Source of the DNA: Felis catus
Taxonomy: Eukaryota
Assembly (NCBI RefSeq): GCF_018350175.1
Contig: NC_058368.1
Coordinates: 168,952,001 to 169,016,000, forward strand
Direction of reading: 5' to 3'
DNA length: 64,000 nt
The notes under the pieces were generated by a model. The model was given only the letters and a program-made list of their open reading frames with translations, was not told the origin of the DNA and searched no databases. Of this stretch, positions 9,967-22,884 are shown piece by piece; position 1 is the first letter of the stretch; each line of letters opens with the position of its first letter. The translations under genes and the position numbers were made by a program.

Positions 9967-12900
9967 CTCGAGAATAACTAAAGAAAATTAAAAGAAAGTT
10001 ACAACCCTCTTCTTAGCCTTTCTAGTCGGATTTTCCTTTGAGACCATGCTCAAATCATACTCCCCACCAACTACCCCTCCTTCTCTGTGTCCCTGTTATC
10101 TATTCCATATCTTACTATCTTCCAAAATGAATGTCTTATTTATTTATCTACATTGTTAGCTACTGATTTCCTACTTTCCTTCCCTCCATCTTTACTCCTT
10201 CCCTCCTTGCCATCCGTCCCTCTTCTTACTAAATAAGCCCATAGATATCTGTTGCTAATAATGACTATCTTAATGACTATCTTCACTATCCTTAAAGGAG
10301 ATATTATGAGAATAATTATTTTATTTTAATTGCTCAGACCCTAGCAAAGTAGTCATTAAATGCTTATTATTGGTAATGAAGATCTTAAATTTTTTCTTGG
10401 TAGTGTTTGTTTTTGTTTTGCTTTTTCATTCTGAACACATGAGACCAGGGAGATCAGTTAGGCAAAATATTCTACCAGTGTAAATTATAGGAGAGATGGA
10501 AAAGAGATGTAAAATTAAATAATCTTTAGTAGATAGAATTCACATTGATTTATTGATAGGAGTCATTTATCTCAGAGCCAAATTGAATGTTTTCCAAGAA
10601 TATTACCATTCATGTTAACCAGCCTGTGTAGTGGTAAGTACAAAGAGCTTACATGGGCATAGCAGAGTAAGTGGCCTATTAACAAGTTACCTCTACATTT
10701 AGGAGTTTTGAGAGATTCATTTACAATAATGGTTGTCTCCTTCTTAAGGTTTTCAACCTAAAGTTATGAAAACAGTCCAAATTATTTTTAGACATCTCTG
10801 TAAGTAAGCTTATGTTAATACTTTATCAGATAGATTTTGTCGGGTATGATTTGCCAGGAAAGGCTCTGTTCTTTTGGAAGAGTTAGAATTTTCAGCTTCC
10901 AATGACTTTTTGTGGTTGGTGATATTTTTATTCTTACATTTTGTAGTTAGATGCTTTTTCTTTATAATTCAAAATTATAAAAATACACCTTACAAAAACA
11001 CTGCTTTAAATTCCTTCCTTTTCTGCCTACTCCTCTTCCTTCCTTTTACAAGCCATGCTGATCTACTCTGTTGAAGGCATACTCTGTTCTGATAGAAAAT
11101 TCTAAAATGAATACGAAACTCCCATCCAAGATGTTTTTCATATAAATGAACATTTAAGACATACACATGCAATGAGAATATAACCTGGAAAACGTGGAAC
11201 TATGAAAGAAGTCATAAGTAGTTTGAATTGGGGAAATATTTATTCCATCAGGTCAGTGTGCAAGAGAGAGATAGGATCCTGTGTAAGTTACAGTGTCTGT
11301 GTTTCCTTGGCTACCTCTAATGGTACTGGTTTCCTGAAGGGGTCGCCACACATCCAAAAATGCTTTTAACCTACGAGAGAGATGGAAACCTGTGAAATGT
11401 GATTGTTGCCAGTTTTCCTAACTGGTAGATGTTGACAAACAATATAATACTACTGATTCTAAATACCAATTATAATGGAATTATTTTAGCAATAGCCTTA
11501 AGAAAAGCTCTGACTGATCCTGTTGCTTCATAGATTTTCTTTTTGCCCTTTTTAAGGAGAATGCTCTGCCACATCATCAAAAGCAAAATAACAGTGTCAA
11601 TGGATTGCTTTATTTCTGTTTGCAAATATAATTTGACAATGTGTTCTGTAAAATGTTAAGAAATGAATCACTCTTCCAGTTCTAAAGCATACCTGATGAA
11701 CTAAACCATATCTGCATCGTTATTTGTTGAAAATGCTGCTATTCTGTTTTATTTTGAGAAACAAATGGATATTTACATTCTGCTTGTGCTGAGGTCCTTG
11801 ATTGTAAGCTGCCACCATATTTCAAGATAATTGTTACTGATGCCGCCTGTCTTCATACACATAAAACATTTGCATTGCATTTTGCCATTTGAGATGTCAC
11901 TTTTTGTAAGCAAAGACAAAGACATAGCTTGAGTGAAGACAAATGGCATCTTAAGCATAATGTTATTTTCTACTTCTTCATGTATGAATTAAAATTACTC
12001 AGTTGTTCAGAGTAAGAGCTAAAGCAAAGTGAATAGTTAAAAACTACATCTCTATATGATCCTGCTTTTAAAAAATGTCAAAGAATCAGAAAGTAAACCC
12101 AGAAATTCTTTTACAAGATAAGATTTAGCTATATGTATATTTAACTACATGTATATCCTGTCAATATACATGTCAGAGCTTTTGGAAAGGAAGCCATTGT
12201 GAGAAAATTTGTGCCAATTTTCAGGTTTCTTTTTCATATCCTCTGTGGGGTTTTATCTTTATTTTAAGGTACTTTCTTGATAATACTGTTTCTTTCTTAG
12301 TTGTGGGGTTATGCTCATAATGCTCCATTATGCGCATAATGTTACAAATTCTGAAAGGTTCTCTTCCTTCTGGGATAATGTCGTAGAATCTCATAGGAAA
12401 TGTTGAGCTTATTACTGTATACATTGGATGTGATCATTGTATGAAATCCTCTGGGTCAGAAGTGTCATTAATTACAGCATAATGATTCATATGTATTTTT
12501 AATCCTGTACACCCTGTAGTTCCATGGTTTCATGCCAAACAAAGAAAAATCAAGCTCTTGCAAGTCATAGAGGCATGTGGTATGTATACTGTACCAAGGT
12601 GGAAGTAAATGTACATCTGCCATTTTGCGAATTTTAAATATAGACAGTGGTAAGTTTCCTTAGGCAAAGTGAGGTTCCTGGGAGTAAGATTTCAGATGCC
12701 TGAATTTTTGTTACAATTAGCTGTATATTTTTCCAACATATTCCCTCAGTAGTGAAATTTGATAATAGCTCTGCCTTTTAATCACTTAGCACTGAACTTT
12801 GCTAAAGTAGTAATCTACCAAATGCTTACCGACTAAATGATAATGTGATGATGTGAACAAAAATAATTTATAAATGGTGAACTATAACGAATAAGTAATG

Positions 12901-14118
12901 TTACTATTTTCATTGTATAGGATCAGATCTAGAAGCCATCGTATTGAAATAAAAATAGGAAATCAAAGTATTAGGTATTTCATGTAGAGTATATATTTGT
13001 TTTCATATACCCAAGTGTACCTGACATAGTTCTTACACCCATGAAGAACATGATTTAAATACTTCCTTTTTATTTTCTTAATAGCATTCTATTCACATTT
13101 GCTTTTCAAATTAAAAGCTGAGTTATCATTTTGTGGTATATATATAAATTAAAGTTGAATTGTAAGATCAATAACTGGTAGACAAAAGAAGGTGAATTTA
13201 CATTTTCATCACTTTTCCTTTTAGGTAAAGAACACTTTAACTTGTTTACTGAACATCCCCATCAGTATCTGGCTACACTTGTGGGCCTATGTTAGCAGTG
13301 ATATTGGCCAGAAAAATTTCAAAGGAACGGACGACTAGGTGCTTGGCAGTTTCCTTTTCTCTTGTTATAATAATCAGTTAGAAGGCTTTGAGAAACCAAA
13401 TGTAGTGGGAAGTTATCCACATATTTTCCCGTTCAGTGGCTTACGCAAGACCACTAGTTCATAGGGAGTGTGAACACTTTGTGTGCTGGAACAAGAAATG
13501 GAAGAAGTTTTTCTTTAGATTCCTATGTAAATTCCTAAAAATCACTTTGTGGATTTTCCCTTCCTCTGTATTCAGAAAGTCATCAGTTCTTAGAAATCTA
13601 ATACCTGTCAGCTACAGGATTTTGCTTTGTCCTTTCTTTGGTTAGTGTTTTTCTTTGCTACCTTCCCTGATGGACAAACAGCCTTAAACTGAGATCTCAA
13701 AACTGTGACTCTGAGCCAAATACTTAACCTCTTATGAAGAAAAGCCTTTAATAGGAAGAAAATATAACATTAGAAATAGGAGTTCTCCTTTCAAGACAAA
13801 AGTTCACTATTAATCAGTAGGGAGAGTCTCAAAGCAAATAATTTTTTTTTCCACTGAACTTTACTGTTCTCCTAAACAGTAGATCCTAACCCCCCAGGAG
13901 ACAAAAATTTCGAATTATTGGCTGTACTTTTCTCTTATATACATCAGAACTCTTCACCTATAGAATGGATCCAGGGGATTTGTGAATCATTATTTGGCTA
14001 ATTATATAATCAAAAGTAATAGTTACAGTGAAAATTATAATTTAAACATCTTAAAGGTTTATGTAAGTTATTTTATATAAATAAGTTTACTAAATTTTTA
14101 TTAGGGGTGAAGTATATA

Positions 14119-14341
14119 TTTTTTAAACATTTGTTTTATTTATTTTGAGAGAGAGAGAGAGAGAGCGCGCGCACAGGGGAAGGGGAAGGGGCAGAGGCAG
14201 AGGGAGAGAGAAAACCCCAAGCAGGCTCCACGCTGTCAGCACAGAGCTTGACACAGGGCTCGAACTCACGAACCATGAGATCATGACCTGAGCCAAAAAT
14301 CAAGAGTCAGACACTACCCGACTGAGCCACCTAGGCACCCC
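14119..14341 (-). mobile_element. Can-SINE, older subfamily
   Basis: Antisense head ends ...actgagccacctaggcacccc; (GA)n tract; T-rich tail; aaatcaagagt variant also seen in other diverged copies. Confidence 0.95.
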
Positions 14342-14449
14342 GAGAGGTGCATTATTTTTAAATATTGTAAAAGCATCTGCAATATCTGCAAAAAGCATCT
14401 TCAGTATCTCTTCCTATCACAGGAAGATCTTTTAAATAACATAACTTTA

Positions 14450-14667
14450 GGGGCGCCTGGGTGGCGCAGTCGGTTAAGCATCTGACTTCAGCCAGGTCAC
14501 GATCTCGCGGTCTGTGAGTTCGAGCCCTGCGTCAGGCTCTGGGCTGATGGCTCAGAGCCTGGAGCCTGCTTCTGATTCTGTGTCTCCCTCTCTATCTGCC
14601 CCTCCCCCGTTCATGCTCTCTCTCTCTCTCTGTCCCAAAAATAAATAAAAGTTGAAAAAAAAAATTT
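14450..14667 (+). mobile_element. Young Can-SINE
   Basis: Same diagnostics as 8467 (cagccaggtcacg, gggctgatggctc); TSD aaataacataacttta (14434-14449 / 14668-14683). Confidence 0.98.
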
Positions 14668-14744
14668 AAATAACATAACTTTAGTACATCTCCTCCCCTC
14701 TGCCACCGCCCCCCCTGCACCGAACCCAAATTTCATACATAACA

Positions 14745-14860
14745 CAGTCTGTAAAATTAGGATAATAATAGTACCTAATAGAATTTTGGTGAAGGTATTT
14801 TTAGCACAATGCCTAGAATATTTTAATCACTCCATAAATGTGAGCTAGTAGTATTTGTAG
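14745..14860 (+). mobile_element. MIR fragment
   Basis: tctgtaaaattaggataataatagtaccta...ttagcacaatgcctagaa...ataaatgtgagcta matches the MIR core and 3' end. Confidence 0.75.
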
Positions 14861-15857
14861 TAGTATTGTTTCTAAAATGTTAAAGTAACAGAGAAAAACT
14901 AGATTTTTTTATCTCTTCATATACTTCTAAAAACTTGATATTCCCTAAGTATTTTATATTATAAATCGTGTCATGGAAGAATTTGCTACTTAAGAAGTAG
15001 GTGGTTTAGGGTAACAGCATCCACATGTTGGCCTTAGTATCCTTGTTCCTAAATTACAAATTCTTGTTAGGTATCACCTGACTCCCCCAGGACTCCTTGT
15101 ACAGCTGACTTGTCAGAATGAACCCATGTGGGCTGAGACTGCTGCATCCAGGGGTGGCTCATTCATTTCCTAGTGGTGGGAACCTCATATCTACAGCTGT
15201 TTTTTCTTTCCTGATGCAGCTGGTAATTGGCTCAGTTCCAGAAACCATGCTTTCAGTCTGAGAGACTCCCTGACCTTTATTGAATTCTCAGTTACGTGCT
15301 TGGAAATAATTGCACTTGTTACCCTTGAAACATAGAAAAATTACCTCTAAATATTCACGGTGTGGACTGAGATAGCTACTGAAGTCCAAAGGGCACTTCC
15401 TTTCTCCCTCCCTTGCACCCTGTCATCCAGTCTTGTGAGCCCCGTCTTCTGTGCACAGTGGGGGATAATGACCTGCGTTTTCCCATGCTTGCTTTATCTT
15501 CAAGCAGCCCAGCCTCCATTCCTCTTTGAAGGGCTAGAGCAACAAGAGCAACACTCGCTTTGCTGTCTACTTATTTACCTTTTCAGTTATATATGGAGCT
15601 ACCACACAGAAGGTGCTTAGAAAAAAGAGTTAGAAATCCTGATGTCAGAGCTGTGCCTATCAAAACCCAAGCATGGATACCAGGATGATATTGAAAGTCC
15701 AATAATTGTAGATGTTTAATGACCAATAATTAGGTCATTTGCATTTTCAGCAAAGGGATTGATTAGTGGGTAAGAACTCCTTGCCTGTAACATCTCCTAC
15801 AGCCCTGAACTTAGAGTCAACAGAGACAAACCTCCTCAGACCTGGTTTCTACTTTCT

Positions 15858-16220
15858 TTCATTCACTTTGCAGCAATGGCCAGATTGTTAACTGTGCCAA
15901 GCATTGCGCTAGGTACTGGCTGTATCACTCTTTGTAATTGTGTCATTTATAATCAGGTAGAGGACACAGATAAAAAGATAAAGAAACACATAATGAGGTA
16001 TTCATTAGTTCTGATAAATGCTATGAAGTAACAGCATGCAGTGATGAGAACAAATAGTATGAAGAGAAATCGACTCCCATGGGGAGTCAAGAGAGGCTTG
16101 GGAGGATTTTGTGTTTTGGTGAGAACCAAAGGAGTTAGCGATGTGAAGACTGAGGGGGGATGGCTTTCCAAGCTCTGTCTGAAAGGTCAAAAGGGGTCCA
16201 CCAGCCAGCAGAAAGCATTG
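15858..16220 (-). mobile_element. L2 fragment
   Basis: actgtgccaagcattgcgctaggtactgg and downstream purine-rich L2-like sequence. Confidence 0.5.
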
Positions 16221-18084
16221 TAGTTTCTATCTTACCCTTTCTGGAAATCACAAACTTCCAATATACAGAAATGTATTAATAATTGCTGCATTCTTACTTT
16301 GGGGAAGTTTCAGGATTACTTTTTGCAGTGTTTTATGTATTTATTGGCATATATTTATATGTCCTTTTGTCTAATCTGGATCATCTTTCAGTATAGCCAC
16401 TTTGGAGAAAGAAGGCTTTGTCACCTATCTGTACTGAATGCCAGCACAAATATCCAAATAAAAATTATTTTAAGATTATCTCCCTTTGGGGATTATATAT
16501 GCTACTGTTGGATTAGAACACATAATAAAAAGTTGTATGTGTGTGGTGTGTTTGTCACACCTAAAATAAATGATTAATTTTAATCCATACAAAGCATGCT
16601 TCAAGTCTGTTGACATATTTATTTTTAAAGATTTTTGTTTTAAGAAATATATTCCTACTTAACCACATTAGGAGTTATAAAAAGTGAAGGGTATTACCCT
16701 TTATGTTTTTATATTCAAACTCAGTTTTTACATTTATTTCACTAGGGACCCACTACTTTCAGAAGTAGGCCCCTGAAATCAATACATATGTTCTCCAAAT
16801 AACAATTGTTACCTTTCCTAATAGTATTGAAATTCTAACTTATGTTCTTGCTATTTTTTTCTTCCTCTCATCTTCCAAGTTTGATTTTTGCCTATAATAT
16901 AAAGAAACTAATAAATTTCATGTTAGAATAATTCATCTTTTATTAATAAATAAGTCCCTGCTATATACCAGGAACTATGCTATATGTCAAAGGTACAGAT
17001 ACTGAAATAATTGATATGTCATACCAATGTATGTTTTTCTTGCGTCTAATAAATATATACTAGTATTAGGTGACCGTAATGCAAGCAGATTGTTCATCCA
17101 TTCACTGTTGCTATAAATTTTTAATCACTTTATAACTCATCTGTCACTATGTTATGAAGGGTCACTGCCAGGAGGAAGAAATAACAGTGTTTACACAGAC
17201 CAGGCATTTTATCTTTTTTTGCCCCAGCATTGCTTCATCCATGTTTGGTTTTAACTTTTCACAGTTTTATTGGAAGTTATAAATCAGAAATTTTATCAGC
17301 CTCTGATTTAGCATTTAAATTGATGTGTGAAACATAAAAGTGGCCTAGCCAGCTGCAGGGCAGCAGCGTTGAAGGTTAAGTGTATCCTAGAATGGACAAA
17401 GAACATATATTTCCTCAGCGTTTCCTTCCCCACCGAATTATTCATCACACAAATCTTTGCCATACCTTTGTGAGAGACCTAAGTTTTCTCCTGAGAGAAA
17501 TATAGATACCTATTTCTTAATTATGAAGTAGTATTATTTAAGTGCCCAGGTCCTCCAAGTATATTTTGTAAATGTAATCAGGAATTTTGGCATATTATTA
17601 GTGTCTTTAGCTACTTTCAGTTGTCAGTTTTGTAGGCATAAAGTAAGTCTTCATCTAAATAAGGCATCCACATTAAACATGTTTAATATCAATATGTGGT
17701 TTTAGACCATTGTCTTTAGCTTCACTAATAATGTGACATTTCTAATTTGTATTTGCAAGTTACATAATCAAAATCAAGAAAAATGCAGTTAGAATAGTTT
17801 ATCCCCATTTGGGTGTTTGCTGCTTTACAGCATACACTTCATTGTGTGTTTAATCCCAAATGCAGCAATGCAGAGTGGGGATTATAAGTATTATGATTCC
17901 CACGCTAACATTCAGCAATACCCATAGGTTAATCAAGTGTAAATTTCTAAAGTATGTGGGTGGCAATGTATTTAAAATAAGAAATTCATATAATATGCAA
18001 ATAAAGATGAGTCATTTTTATTTTAATATCTGGAATGTGCATTTAATATATTTTCTATCAAGCCAAGTGTGGTTTTCGTTTAGA

Positions 18085-19790
18085 AAATTTATAAAATGAA
18101 TCTAAAGTATATATTACAGTAATGAAGAAAACATTGTAAAAGAGGATAAGGAATATTTCCATTTACATGTTAAAACATTATGTAAAGCTATAGTAATTAA
18201 AACAGTATGTGTGGGCCTAGATATATGCAAAAGTATTGGTGAAAATAGATTATAATGTCAAGAGACAGACTAAAGTATAGGTAGAAATGTAGAATACAGT
18301 AAAAGTGATGCTTTAAATGATTAGGAAACACTTGTTTCAATAAATCGTGTTGGGACAACTAGCTAACTATTGGTGGTAGGGCTCGGTGAAGGCAGAGCAA
18401 TACAGTTAGATTCTCAGAGCTCATCTTAGGACAAAATAAACTCTAGATGGAGAGTCTTCATAAAGAGTCTGTTAAGGTTAAATAATTATTTGTTTAAAAA
18501 TAGAATGCACCTTAATATTTTCATTAATTCTTCCAAAACCTTCCATATCTCTATACACTTATCTTTTACTTCTGTTTAATCCAAAACGTGATGTGTTACA
18601 GTCCTCTGTTATTTAGTAATTTTATCAGAACTTCCTGGAATTTCCAAGACTTTATGACTTCTGTTCCACTGCTGTGTACTTCCAAATACCAATCAATCAA
18701 TCACTGTTAAATGATGACCTGGAAACCTGGAGCAAAAGGTTTGAAATACATGTGATAAACTAAGTCTTAATATTCCCTAACCTATAAAGAACTCTTACAA
18801 AACAGTAGAAAAGCAAATAGAAAAATGAGTGGAGGACATGAACAGGCAATTAATTGAGAACCTGAACAGGTTAATTTCTAATAAACATTTGAAAATGAAA
18901 AAATGCAAATTAAAAACAATGAAATACCATTTTCTATGAGATTGGTAAGGATTTTTAGTCTTTATTTCCTGTGACCAGTAAGTATAGAAAAACACATACT
19001 CTCATAAACTTTTAGAAATGTAAATTGATCCAAGTGTTTGGATTAAAAATATTAAAATGTACTAAACATCTGCAAGAATGCAAGCCCTTTAACACAGTAA
19101 TTTAACTTTTAATTATTTACCTCAAAGCAGTTATCAAAGATGTCAAATATATATGTATACATTTAACCTTGAACAACATGGGCTTGAACTGAGCAGGTCT
19201 ACTTATATGTGAGTTGTTTTTGTTTGTTTTGTTTTGTTTTCAATAAATACAGTCCTGTACTGTAAATGTACTTTCTCTTTCTTGTGGTTTTCATAGTAAC
19301 ATTTGCTTTTCTCTAGCTTATTTTATTGTAAGGATACAGTATGTAATACATATACGAAATGTGTGTTAGTCAACTTTTTATGTTATTGGTAAGGTTTCCA
19401 GTCAAAAATATGCTTTTAGTAATTAAGTTTTGAGGGAGTCAAAATATATATGTGGAGTTTTGACTGAGCAGGGTTTCAAAGCCACTAATACCCGAGCCGT
19501 TCAAGGACTAACTACCTGTAATATCATGTATATAAGAGCAAATTTTGGGAAACATTCTAAACCTCAATGTATATGTATGGAATCCTATTTTTAATATTAA
19601 TAGGCATAATCACAGTACTAAATAGCCTACAGTATGGAATTTTTATAAAAATTTATATTTACATATTTCTGCATAAATACTTTAGGACATACAGCAATAT
19701 ATTAATAATTGTGCAAAGGTGGGTTTTTTTTCAAATTTATACTTATCTCTGATTTCAAAATGATTCAGAGTGAGCATACTTTATAATAAA
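18085..19790 (+). mobile_element. Ancient L1 (L1ME-like) ORF2 end and 3'UTR, fragmented
   Basis: taaagctatagtaattaaaacagtatg, ttcaataaatcgtgttgggacaact and atgcaaattaaaaacaatgaaataccatttt are typical L1 ORF2 3' motifs; interrupted by Tigger. Confidence 0.75.
19160..19514. mobile_element. Tigger2a_Car-like (TcMar-Tigger) DNA transposon
   Basis: Degenerate TIRs catttaaccttgaacaac / gttcaaggactaact, TA at left flank; internal ttctctagcttattttattgtaaggatacagtat and aagttttgagggagtcaaaa match Tigger2. Confidence 0.85.
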
Positions 19791-20073
19791 AAAGCCATTC
19801 CCATATTTTAAAAACAAATATGATTAAAGATTTTATACTGTAGTAAATAGCACAGTTAAAATGTATCTGCTTTAAGAAGCAGCTTGACATTTAATATGAG
19901 ACTTATATAATCTTTGATGAACTTCATTGATTTTCTCATTTTGATGCTTAAGACAGATCAGTTTTCTCCAAGAAAGCTTTTTTATATTCTTTACTCTCTC
20001 TGTACTACATCATCCCAGCAATTATCAAAGGTGATATACTATGATTCTCTATTAATTTATCTCTGTCTTCTGT

Positions 20074-20380
20074 TAGATATGTCCAATACCTATGTAATAT
20101 GAACCACTATGCTATTTAAGTTGTTCTACTAGCCACATGAAACATGTAAAAAGAAAAAGATAAAATTGATTTTAATAATATATTTCCTTCACTCAGTGTA
20201 TGAGAAATTTCTCATTTTACATGTAGTTAGTATGAAATTTGTTATCGAGGTATTTTACATTTTTTGTTGTGCAAATTTTCAAAATTCAGGGTGAGTCTGA
20301 TACTTGCAGCACAGCTCCATGGGACTATTTGTATTTTCGATGTCACATGTGGCTAATGTTTGCTGTACTGCCCAGTGCAC
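20074..20380. mobile_element. MER33 (hAT-Charlie)
   Basis: tgtccaata...ttctactagccacat...aaaattgattttaataatatattt...cacatgtggctaatg follows the MER33 consensus. Confidence 0.8.
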
Positions 20381-20382
20381 CA

Positions 20383-20670
20383 TTAGACTGTTAGGCTCTC
20401 TGAGGCCCAGTGGGTCTCTTTTATATCCCCAAGGCCTAATGCAATGCATGGAATTTAGTGATCACTTTTAATATTTGAATCTGCTTCCCCAAACGGAGGG
20501 TTTTTTTTTTTCTACTCCTAACTCAGTAGTATCACTTGGTCTGCTGTACTTTTCCTTTACATGCCTGACTCCTGCATTAAACTGTATGTTCCTCAAGGTA
20601 GCAACCATGTTTTATTCAGCTTTTTATCCCTGAGACAGTAGACACCACAATATGCTTATTGGAAAGAAGT
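20383..20670 (+). mobile_element. Two L2 3'-end fragments
   Basis: tagactgttaggctctctgagg and taaactgtatgttcctcaaggtagcaaccatgttttattc resemble the L2 3' terminus. Confidence 0.6.
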
Positions 20671-21469
20671 TGAGGAAGAAGGGAGAAAACTAATTTATTT
20701 TTTTACTTCAAAGAACTTTTTTCTAGTAAATCAGTCTCATGAAATATTATGTTAAATCTCATAAGGTCAAATTTATAGAATTATAAAGTACTTAGCAATA
20801 GAAATTGAAAAACTTCAACTCCTGATTTATCTGGGCTTTAAATTAAGCCATCCAAAATAGCTGATTGCTAATTTTCTTTTTGAAGATCAGTAGGGGTTAG
20901 AGATGCAGCAACCTTACTTAATATAACCTTGTCCCATGTTGAATAAATTTTACAGCTACAGAATTCTTCCTGTCAATCCTAATAATCCCTTACTGTAACA
21001 TAAGACTTTTCCCCTGTGATCCTCAGTGGAGACAGACAACAGTTGGTGCACATTAATTATATAGTGAGCTTTCACTATAATGTTACTTATGTATTTTCCT
21101 TATTATACTTCTTACATTTTCTTCAACTTTCTTTTACCAACAATTTATAAAAATTTACATCGTGTAATTTTAAAAATATATTTTTGTAATAGAAAGATGA
21201 GATCGGTAATGTGTTTATTGAGTTTGTGAGCTGTCTTCCCTACATAAACGATGTTATAAATAACACTAGTGAGTACTTTTAGTCTGTCAGTAATAATTAC
21301 TAAACAGCCATCCTATGCCAATACGGTATTAGTTGCAAGAAATTACCTATGTTTGTTTTCTGATGTGCTTGTAGCTAATAGTTTTATTTTTGGTAGGGCC
21401 TAGGAATCATTGTTGAACCATGTAAGCATTATGCGTACTGCTTATTAGAGTACTCAGATGTGTAAATTA

Positions 21470-21645
21470 AAGTAGCTTTGCTCTCAGACCCAGTTCAAAT
21501 CCTGGCTTTGCTGCTTGTCCAGCATCTCTAAATATCATCTGAATGTTACCAAAAGAAGTTTTTGCAAGAATTATATAAGAAAAAGTACTTGGCCATAGTA
21601 GATATGCAATTATCAACTGCTGTTATTATCATCATTAACATTATC
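21470..21645 (+). mobile_element. MIR fragment
   Basis: agacccagttcaaatcctggctttgctgctt ... ctgctgttattatcatcatt. Confidence 0.55.
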
Positions 21646-21921
21646 ATTAGTAATACTGTTTTCTTTGAAGAATTAACCAAACGTGTTTCTGTCGACTTTG
21701 GAACCAAAATGCTGAGATCTTCAGAAACTTAAAAATTATCAAAAACCTGAAAATAGAACAAAAATAGGCAATTATTAGTAAGCTACATGCCACATTTGGA
21801 ATATGGACTGAGACTTCTCAGTCTTTCCTCATAAGAAAGATGCAACAAGCTAAGGAAATTTTTGAAAGAGGAGAAAACTAAAATAAATATACCCATAAGT
21901 TACTACCCCAGGAAGGTATTG

Positions 21922-22025
21922 ATTTATTCATTCATTTAGTCGTTTGAGTGCTATATTGTGTGCCAGGCACTATTCTAGGAGCTTGGGAAATACCAGTGAA
22001 GAAAACAAATATACCTGCCTTACAA
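21922..22025 (-). mobile_element. L2 3' end
   Basis: attcattcatttagtcgtttgagtgctatattgtgtgccaggcactattctaggagcttggga. Confidence 0.75.
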
Positions 22026-22678
22026 TTTTTCCAATGAAACTCATACTTAAAGCTTTGATCCCAACAGGCTCTGCTGTGAGGCCAGGATAGGGGAAGAGTT
22101 AGTTAGAAACAGGTAGAGACAGAGAGAAGAGGTCAACTCATCAACTCTCCCAAACTGAAGACCATCAAGCCAAAATCCAGTGTCCAGTATCTGAGGAAAC
22201 AAGTACCCTTCTTTCCAATTCAGGTTGATACTGATATCCCAGAGGCCTGTTGGTCTGCAAGAAATGCCAGTCTGTGAGGGAATGCGAAGAACAGTTGGGA
22301 GGTAGAGAGGGGATGGGTTATACTTACTGAGAAAGAGCAGTGACAACTTCGAATACACCCCAAATGGAGCTCCTAGTGGAAGGGCACTGGCAAGTCATCT
22401 GAATTACAGTTAATGGGAATCAAGGATAGATGTCAGTCTTCTCGTAGTAGAGAACTGAAATAAAGCACAAACCAGGAACAAAGACTGACTGTATGGTGGT
22501 TGGAGAAGGGCTGGGGGGAGATTGAAATGGAAGGGAAGGCTGTTGCTAAAGAGCCAAGGTGTGTTTACTTCTATGTAATTTCTAAAATGATTTTTTTTTA
22601 TGTAACATGTATGTATTGGTGCATCAAATATGTGTAGTATTTAAGTTGGAAATCTTTCATACTAGAATTTTTGTTTTA

Positions 22679-22694
22679 TTTTTAATGTTTGTTT

Positions 22695-22725
<31 letters not shown>

Positions 22726-22884
22726 GAGGAGGGGCAGAGAGAGAGGGAGACACAAAATCCAAAGCAGGCTCCAGGCTCTGAGCTGTCATCACAGAACCCG
22801 ACGCAGGGCTCAAACTCACGAGCCATGAGATCAACACCTGAACCAAAGTCGTATGCTTAACCTACTGAGCAACCCAGGCACCCC
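22679..22884 (-). mobile_element. Can-SINE
   Basis: Antisense full-length copy; TSD tagaatttttgtttta (22663-22678) / tagaatttttggttta (22885-22900). Confidence 0.97.

Noticed and set aside
22050..22520. Purine-rich block with AATAAA that might be an ancient LTR
   Set aside because: No termini, TSD or family match that I can identify by eye.
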